From: Desulfuromonadales bacterium
GTDB lineage: Bacteria; Desulfobacterota; Desulfuromonadia; Desulfuromonadales; SZUA-540
Direction: 5' to 3'
Assembly (NCBI GenBank): GCA_033549025.1
Contig: JAWSUS010000012.1
Location: forward strand, 1-64,000
DNA: 64,000 nucleotides
How positions within the stretch are numbered: the first letter of the stretch is position 1; the number at the start of each line of letters is the position of its first letter. A program made the translations under genes and the position numbers. Positions 57,832 through 64,000 of the stretch are shown here, piece by piece. The notes beneath the pieces were generated by a model that saw only the letters and a program-made list of their open reading frames with translations, ran no database searches and had not been told where the DNA came from.

Positions 57832-57995
57832 GTCTTAAGCGCCTCCTTTTCGACCGCGCGCTAAAATACGCCTCTTTTTTTTTCAGGGCCAGAAAAATCC
57901 CGGGTGCCGCCGCAGAAGGCCATGCACATATCTGCCTGTCCTTATTTGTCCTCTCCCCTTGAATGAGGGCCGACGGACGATATAGTGCTTCTATC

Positions 57996-58114
57996 CTAAT
58001 ATTCCCCTAACAAAAGACCCTTATTCCTTGTTCCTGCCCAGCTGTCGGACGAGGTCTGTTTCATCGGCGGAAAAACTCATGAGCTTCTTACAGGCGGCTA
58101 ACAAACCCCTAACA
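57996..58114 (+). promoter_or_regulatory. Pho-box-like direct repeats upstream of pstS
   Basis: CTAATA-N5-CTAACA (57996-58012) and CTTACA-N5-CTAACA-N5-CTAACA (58087-58114). Confidence 0.7.
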
Positions 58115-58221
58115 GAAGCGAGGCAGAATCCGAACCGTAAAGAACGAAACAGAACGATCGCCGTCGCCGCTTTTACGTGTTTAAGCGGTATCTCAAAACG
58201 ACACATCAGGAGAAAAGACAG

Positions 58222-59211
58222 ATGAAAAAAAATGTTTGGAAGAAGCTGGTTCTTGCCGCTGCCGTAGTGGCCGCAGCCATGGTTTTTGCCGGTGGGTCCG
58301 CTGTCGCCGCGCAACTCAAAGTCGATCCCGCCCTGCCGGTCTACGCCAAGACCCAGGGGGTGAGCGGCAACCTCAACAGCATCGGTTCCGATACCCTGAA
58401 CAACCTCATGACCTACTGGGCCGAAGGGTTCCGCAAGCAGTACCCCAACGTCAATATCCAGATTGAAGGCAAGGGCTCCAGCACCGCCCCCCCTGCCCTC
58501 ATCGAAGGAACCGCCCAGATCGGCCCCATGTCCCGCAAAATGAAGACCTCCGAGATCGAGGCCTTCGAGAACAAATACGGCTTCAAGCCGCTGCAGATCG
58601 GCGTCGCCCTCGACTCCCTGGGCGTCTTCGTCAACAAGGATAACCCCATCAAGGAACTCTCCCTGCAGCAGATCGATGCGATCTTTTCCAAGAACCGCAA
58701 AGGGGGCTACTCGCAGGATATCCTGACCTGGAGCCAGGTGGGCGTAACCGGCTCCCTTGCCAATATGCCCATCAGCCTCTATGGCCGCAACTCGGCTTCT
58801 GGCACCTACGGGTACTTCAAAGACCACGCCCTCTTCAAAGGGGACTATAAGGACATCGTCAAGGAACAGCCCGGCAGCGCATCGGTCGTCCTCTCGGTGA
58901 CGGAAGACAAGGCCGGTATCGGCTACTCGGGCATCGGTTATCTGACCTCGGGGGTCAAGGCCATCGCCCTGTCGGAAAAAGGCGGCCCGGCCTACGAGCC
59001 TACCTATGAAAATGTCCTCAGCGGCAAATACCCCCTGGGACGCATGCTCTACCTCTACGTTGCCAAAAAGCCCAATGAGCCGCTGCCCAAGATGCTTGAA
59101 GAGTTCATCAAGTTCGTGCTGTCCAAGGAAGGACAGGAGGTCGTAGTCAAGGACGGCTATCTCCCGCTGCCCGCCAAGGCCGCCCAGCAACAGCTCGACC
59201 TGCTCAAATAA
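58222..59211 (+). CDS. pstS: Phosphate ABC transporter substrate-binding protein
   Basis: Signal peptide; [21 protein letters not shown]. Confidence 0.95.
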   Translation: MKKNVWKKLVLAAAVVAAAMVFAGGSAVAAQLKVDPALPVYAKTQGVSGNLNSIGSDTLNNLMTYWAEGFRKQYPNVNIQIEGKGSSTAPPALIEGTAQIGPMSRKMKTSEIEAFENKYGFKPLQIGVALDSLGVFVNKDNPIKELSLQQIDAIFSKNRKGGYSQDILTWSQVGVTGSLANMPISLYGRNSASGTYGYFKDHALFKGDYKDIVKEQPGSASVVLSVTEDKAGIGYSGIGYLTSGVKAIALSEKGGPAYEPTYENVLSGKYPLGRMLYLYVAKKPNEPLPKMLEEFIKFVLSKEGQEVVVKDGYLPLPAKAAQQQLDLLK

Positions 59212-59307
59212 ACCGGCCAGACCCGGTAGCAACCCTGACAACCTGTCTGCCTGCCTTGCGGCCATCTAGCCGGGGGCAGGTAGACGCATGTTCAGGATTC
59301 TGGATGG

Positions 59308-61545
59308 ATGGATATGGATCAGAAGCTGCTGAAAAAAGTTAAACGACGCGACCGCATCGCGCGCTGGGTGATTACCGTTGGGGGCATGACCATCATTTTT
59401 GCCGTCATTTTCATCCTGCTCCTTATCGGGGAAGTCTCCCTCCCTCTGTTCAATCAACCGACGGCGGCGCCCGTGGCCCGCATCCACCCGGTCGATTCGC
59501 AGGGGGGCGAAGCGACCCTCGCGCTGGGCCTTGACGAGTATCTGGAGACGGCTTTCACCCTGTCGGCCGCCGGCGACTTCACCTTTTACGAAGTGGCCTC
59601 GGGTGAGATCACCGAACGGATCTCCCTGCGGCCTCCCGGTGCGCCGGAGGCCCACATCGTCGCCGTCGACAAATTCGGCCGCCAGGCTTATGGCCTGCTG
59701 TGGAGCGACGGCGTTCTGTCCATCGAGCAACTGCGTTTTTCGGCCCAGTGGGACAAGGAGCACAACCGGACCTTCGAGATCGCCGTGGAGCGGGAAGGGG
59801 TCTTTGCGGCTCCCGAGGGGAACTTGCCAGTCATTTCCCGGGGACGGATTGCCGGCGATGGTACCCGCACCCGCGTCAGCCTCATGGACGACAACCGCCT
59901 GCTGCTCGACCAAGAGGCGGTGACCACGGATATCTTCGGCAACGAGGAGCGGATTCAATCCACGGCGGTTCTGGGCGACGGAGAGCCGGACCGTCTCACC
60001 GCCCTGGCCCTCGACACCGAGGGGCGCGCCCTCTATGCCGGCACCGACCAGGGAGCTCTGCTGCGCTGGGATCTGAGCGAGGCGGGGAACCCCCGACTCG
60101 TGGAGCGGCAACAGGCTTTTCGGGACCGCCGCGCCATCACCGCCCTGGCCCTGGTCTTTGGCGATATTTCCCTTGCCGTCGGGGACGCGCAGGGGCAGCT
60201 GACTACCTGGTTTCCGGTACGCACCGACACGGAAGGTGGGGAGAAGCGCCTGCGCCGCATCCATACGCTGGCCGATCGCGGCAGCGCCGTGCGGGCCATC
60301 ACCCCCTCGCACCGGGACAAGTCCCTGCTCAGCCTCGACGAGGAAGGGACGGTCTATCTCGATCATATGACCAGCGAACGCCAGTTGCTGACCCTCGAAG
60401 GGCAGGAACCCCTGCGTACCGCCGCCCTCAATCTGCGGGGCACCGGCATCATCGCCCTCAATGCCAAGGGGGAGCTTGAAGCCTGGAGCGTGGACAATCC
60501 CCATCCCGAGGTGAGCTGGCGCACCCTCTTCGGCAAGGTCTGGTACGAAAGCTACGATGAACCCGCTTACGTCTGGCAGTCGTCGTCGGCTTCGGAGGAT
60601 TTCGAACCCAAGCTCAGCCTGACGCCGCTGATTTTCGGCACCCTGAAGGGGACGTTCTACGCCATGGTCTTCGCCATCCCCCTGGCGCTGCTCGGGGCGA
60701 TTTACACCAGCCAGTTCGGCCACCCGAAGCTCAAGCAGTACATCAAGCCGACGGTGGAGATCATGGCCGCCATCCCCAGCGTCATTATCGGCTTCCTCGC
60801 TGCCCTCTGGCTGGCCCCTATTGTGGAAAAGTCGGTGACGGCTATCTTCCTCAGCTTCCTCTTCGTGCCGACATCCTTCATCCTCTTCTCCCTGCTCTGG
60901 CAGAAGCTGCGGGAAGTCGGTCCTTTGCGGAAAATTGAGAGGGGTTTCGAGTTCCTCACCTTTGCGCCGGTCATCGTCCTATCGGTGGCGGCGGCCTTCG
61001 CCATCGGGCCCCTGGTGGAAGCCTGGCTCTTCGGCGGCGACTTCCGTCTGTGGCTCTTTACCGAAATGGGGACGCGCTACGACCCCCGCAACAACATCAT
61101 CATCGCCTTCGCCCTCGGCTTCGCCGTCATCCCCATCATCTTCACGATTGCCGAGGACGCGCTCTCCAACGTACCCGGCAGCCTGAAGGCGGCCTCCCTG
61201 GCCATGGGCGCCAGCCGCTGGCAGACGGTGTGGCGGGTGATTCTGCCTTCGGCCAGTCCCGGCATCTTCGCCGGCATCATGATCGGTTTCGGCCGCGCCA
61301 TCGGCGAGACCATGATCGTGCTCATGGCCACGGGCAACACGGCCATCATGGATATGAGCATCTTCAACGGCATGCGGCCTTTGTCGGCCAATATTGCGGT
61401 CGAGATTCCGGAGGCGCCGGTGGCCAGCACGCTCTACCGGGTGCTGTTCCTGTCGGCTGTCATCCTCTTTCTCTTCACTTTCATTCTCAACACCATCGCC
61501 GAAGTGGTTCGGCAGCGGCTGCGCAAGAAATATGGCCGGTTTTAA
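59308..61545 (+). CDS. pstC: Phosphate ABC permease, long form with a beta-propeller-like insert
   Basis: PLIFGTLK, AIPSV, EDAL..VP, GRAIGETMIV. Confidence 0.92.
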   Translation: MDMDQKLLKKVKRRDRIARWVITVGGMTIIFAVIFILLLIGEVSLPLFNQPTAAPVARIHPVDSQGGEATLALGLDEYLETAFTLSAAGDFTFYEVASGEITERISLRPPGAPEAHIVAVDKFGRQAYGLLWSDGVLSIEQLRFSAQWDKEHNRTFEIAVEREGVFAAPEGNLPVISRGRIAGDGTRTRVSLMDDNRLLLDQEAVTTDIFGNEERIQSTAVLGDGEPDRLTALALDTEGRALYAGTDQGALLRWDLSEAGNPRLVERQQAFRDRRAITALALVFGDISLAVGDAQGQLTTWFPVRTDTEGGEKRLRRIHTLADRGSAVRAITPSHRDKSLLSLDEEGTVYLDHMTSERQLLTLEGQEPLRTAALNLRGTGIIALNAKGELEAWSVDNPHPEVSWRTLFGKVWYESYDEPAYVWQSSSASEDFEPKLSLTPLIFGTLKGTFYAMVFAIPLALLGAIYTSQFGHPKLKQYIKPTVEIMAAIPSVIIGFLAALWLAPIVEKSVTAIFLSFLFVPTSFILFSLLWQKLREVGPLRKIERGFEFLTFAPVIVLSVAAAFAIGPLVEAWLFGGDFRLWLFTEMGTRYDPRNNIIIAFALGFAVIPIIFTIAEDALSNVPGSLKAASLAMGASRWQTVWRVILPSASPGIFAGIMIGFGRAIGETMIVLMATGNTAIMDMSIFNGMRPLSANIAVEIPEAPVASTLYRVLFLSAVILFLFTFILNTIAEVVRQRLRKKYGRF

Positions 61546-61557
61546 AGGACAGACTGT

Positions 61558-63153
61558 ATGAAAAAGTACTGGCGTGAAGGAGAACCCTTTGTCTGGGCCA
61601 CCGGCGTGGCCCTGGGCATGACCCTGCTCATTGCCGCGACCCTGATCGTCGTGGTGCTGGTCAACGGCCTCGGTGTCTTCTGGCCCTCCGACGTGGCGAT
61701 GGCCCGGCTGCACAGCGGCCAGACTGTCATCGGCGAGATCATCAAACGCGAACCGACCGCGTCGGGCGAGGGGGAACGGATTCAGTTCAAGATCGGCAAC
61801 CGGGATCTGTACGGCCTGGATTTCCGCTGGATCGACGAAGCGGATATCGCCGCCATGGACTATCCCGATGAAATAACGGTCATTGAGCGGGAAGAATACG
61901 GGAACTTCTACGGCACCCTGGTTCGGGTACAGACGCCGGCCGAGGAGTTCGCCCGGGCGCCGTTGGCCGAGCCTCTGGAAAAGCTGCTGGCCCAGGTGGA
62001 AAAAGAGGAAAAGCCCCTGGTGCGAAGCGGTGAAGAACTGAGGCGGCTGAACAGAGCAATGGAAAAGCTGCGGCGTCAGGAACTGAAGCTGGTCTACCAG
62101 GGAGTGGACGAGGCGGACTCCCGCCTGGTGGAGCTGCGCCAGCAGCAGGCCCTGCTGCGGGAAGATTTCGAGCAGATTGTGACGCAACAGGGACAAAAGG
62201 CGGCGGAACTGACGCGCTACAAGATCGTGGTGGCCGATGCCGGCGGTCAGGAAAAAGAGATCGAGGCCAGCCACATTGTGCGCTTTTACCAACCCAACGC
62301 GCTGTCCTGGCTGGATAAATCCCTGATCTATGCCGGCAAGCTGTGGGAGCTCATCTTCGGCGAACCGCGGGAATCCAATACGGAAGGGGGCCTCTTCCCA
62401 GCTATCTTCGGTACGGTCATGCTGATCTTCCTCATGACCCTGGTAACTTTCCCTCTGGGCGTCATCGCCGCGGTTTATCTGCGGGAATACGCCAAAGACG
62501 GTGTCGTCGTGCGCCTGGTGCGCATCGCCGTCAACAATCTGGCCGGTATCCCCTCCATTGTCTACGGCATCTTCGGACTGGGTTTCTTCGTGTACGGCAT
62601 CGGCAGCACCATCGACAAAATCTTCTTCCCTGAACAGCTGCCGACCCCCACCTTCGGCACCGGCGGCATCCTCTGGGCCAGCCTGACCCTGGCATTGCTC
62701 ACCGTGCCCGTGGTGATCGTGTCCACCGAGGAAGCGCTCGGGGCCATCCCCGCCGGGGTGCGCGAAGGTTCGCTGTCGCTGGGGGCGACCAAGTTCCAGA
62801 CCCTGATGCGGACGCTGCTGCCCATGGCCTCGCCCGGTATTATGACGGGCCTGATTCTGGCCATGGCCCGCGCCGCCGGCGAGGTGGCGCCGCTGATGAT
62901 CACCGGGGTGGTCAAATTGGCGCCGGCCCTGCCGCTGGACGGCAATTTCCCCTATATCCATCTGGATCGCAAATTCATGCACCTGGGATTTCATATCTAC
63001 GACATCGGCTTCCAGTCGCCCAACGTCGAGGCCGCCAAACCCATGGTGTTTGTGACCACCCTGCTGCTGGTGCTTATCGTGCTGGTCATGAGCAGCGTGG
63101 CGATCTATCTGCGCAACAAGATGAAAAAGCGCTACACTTACGGCACCTTCTAA
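61558..63153 (+). CDS. pstA: Phosphate ABC permease, long form
   Basis: GGLFPAIFGT, YLREY, NNLAGIPSI, ARAAGE. Confidence 0.92.
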   Translation: MKKYWREGEPFVWATGVALGMTLLIAATLIVVVLVNGLGVFWPSDVAMARLHSGQTVIGEIIKREPTASGEGERIQFKIGNRDLYGLDFRWIDEADIAAMDYPDEITVIEREEYGNFYGTLVRVQTPAEEFARAPLAEPLEKLLAQVEKEEKPLVRSGEELRRLNRAMEKLRRQELKLVYQGVDEADSRLVELRQQQALLREDFEQIVTQQGQKAAELTRYKIVVADAGGQEKEIEASHIVRFYQPNALSWLDKSLIYAGKLWELIFGEPRESNTEGGLFPAIFGTVMLIFLMTLVTFPLGVIAAVYLREYAKDGVVVRLVRIAVNNLAGIPSIVYGIFGLGFFVYGIGSTIDKIFFPEQLPTPTFGTGGILWASLTLALLTVPVVIVSTEEALGAIPAGVREGSLSLGATKFQTLMRTLLPMASPGIMTGLILAMARAAGEVAPLMITGVVKLAPALPLDGNFPYIHLDRKFMHLGFHIYDIGFQSPNVEAAKPMVFVTTLLLVLIVLVMSSVAIYLRNKMKKRYTYGTF

Positions 63154-63174
63154 ATACCCAGTGAGGACAGGTCC

Positions 63175-63957
63175 ATGTCAAAAAGCACACTCGTTACCAT
63201 CGATGATCCCGTCATCGAGGTCAAAAATCTCAACTTCTACTACGGCTCCTCCCAGGCTCTGCACGACATCAGTCTCGCCTTTCCGCGGCGCCAGGTCACG
63301 GCCCTCATCGGCCCCTCGGGCTGCGGCAAGTCCACCTTTCTGCGCTGCCTCAACCGCATGAACGATCTGGTGGACGGCACCCGGGTGGTGGGGAGCATGA
63401 CCCTCAACGGCGTGGAGATCAATTCTTCGGCCATGGATGTCATCGAGTTGCGCCGCCGCGTCGGCATGGTCTTCCAGAAATCCAACCCCTTCCCCAAATC
63501 GATTTACGAAAACGTCATCTACGGGCTGCGCATCGCCGGGGTGAAGAGCAAAACCACGCTGGACGAGACGGTGGAGAAGAGTCTCAGGGGGGCCGGGCTG
63601 TGGGATGAGGTCAAAGACCGTCTGCATCAGTCGGCTCTCGGTCTGTCCGGCGGGCAGATGCAGCGCCTGTGCATCGCCCGCGCCATCGCCGTCAATCCCG
63701 AGGTCATCCTCATGGACGAGCCCTGCAGCGCCCTCGACCCCAAATCAACAGCCCGGGTGGAAGAGCTCATTGGCGAACTGCGGGAGAACTACACCATCAT
63801 CATCGTCACCCACAACATGCAGCAGGCGGCCCGGGTCTCCGACTATACCGCTTTTCTGTACGAAGGCCTTCTGGTCGAATACGGCAAGACCAATGGCATT
63901 TTCATGAAGCCTAAGAATAAACAGACAGAAGACTATATTACCGGCCGCTTCGGTTAA
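63175..63957 (+). CDS. pstB: Phosphate ABC transporter ATPase
   Basis: [29 protein letters not shown]. Confidence 0.97.
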   Translation: MSKSTLVTIDDPVIEVKNLNFYYGSSQALHDISLAFPRRQVTALIGPSGCGKSTFLRCLNRMNDLVDGTRVVGSMTLNGVEINSSAMDVIELRRRVGMVFQKSNPFPKSIYENVIYGLRIAGVKSKTTLDETVEKSLRGAGLWDEVKDRLHQSALGLSGGQMQRLCIARAIAVNPEVILMDEPCSALDPKSTARVEELIGELRENYTIIIVTHNMQQAARVSDYTAFLYEGLLVEYGKTNGIFMKPKNKQTEDYITGRFG

Positions 63958-63974
63958 GGAGAAAGAATCAGGCT

Positions 63975-64000
63975 ATGACCATACATCTGCAGAAAGAACT
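63975..64000 (+). CDS. phoU: Start of probable PhoU (truncated by the window edge)
   Basis: AAGGAG RBS, MTIHLQKE..., position after pstB; only 8 full codons visible. Confidence 0.5.

Overview
Chromosomal window from an anaerobic, GC-rich bacterium, most likely Desulfuromonadia (Desulfuromonas/Geobacter-like). This is inferred from the c7-type multiheme cytochromes, hcp with a TTGAC-N4-GTCAA box and overall gene style. The left ~10 kb is visibly AT-richer and looks accessory: slyD, an outer-membrane barrel gene, assT, dsbI, dsbL, a small Zn-finger protein, a rhodanese and a Campylobacterota-style two-component pair. The rest holds a hemerythrin, a TupA-like binding protein coupled to an orphan histidine kinase, greB, mscS, hcp with a divergent stress operon, a rhomboid protease, an archaeal-type SAM synthetase, Fur-boxed feoAB with a missed Cys-rich ORF, a 1016-aa radical SAM/ArsM-like methyltransferase/Cys-rich fusion, the pepN operon, two hexaheme cytochromes, c-di-GMP enzymes, ppc, phoBR, acnA, truC, yceH and pstSCAB with the start of phoU. 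The strongest hidden signal is a probable selenoprotein (31264-31497, minus): an in-frame UGA falls in a conserved CC motif and is followed by a SECIS-like hairpin. Other leading candidates are the radical SAM-ArsM fusion, the TupA-kinase pair, and several regulatory motifs read directly from the sequence. No rRNA, tRNA or CRISPR array was seen. Family assignments come from motif recognition, not database searches.
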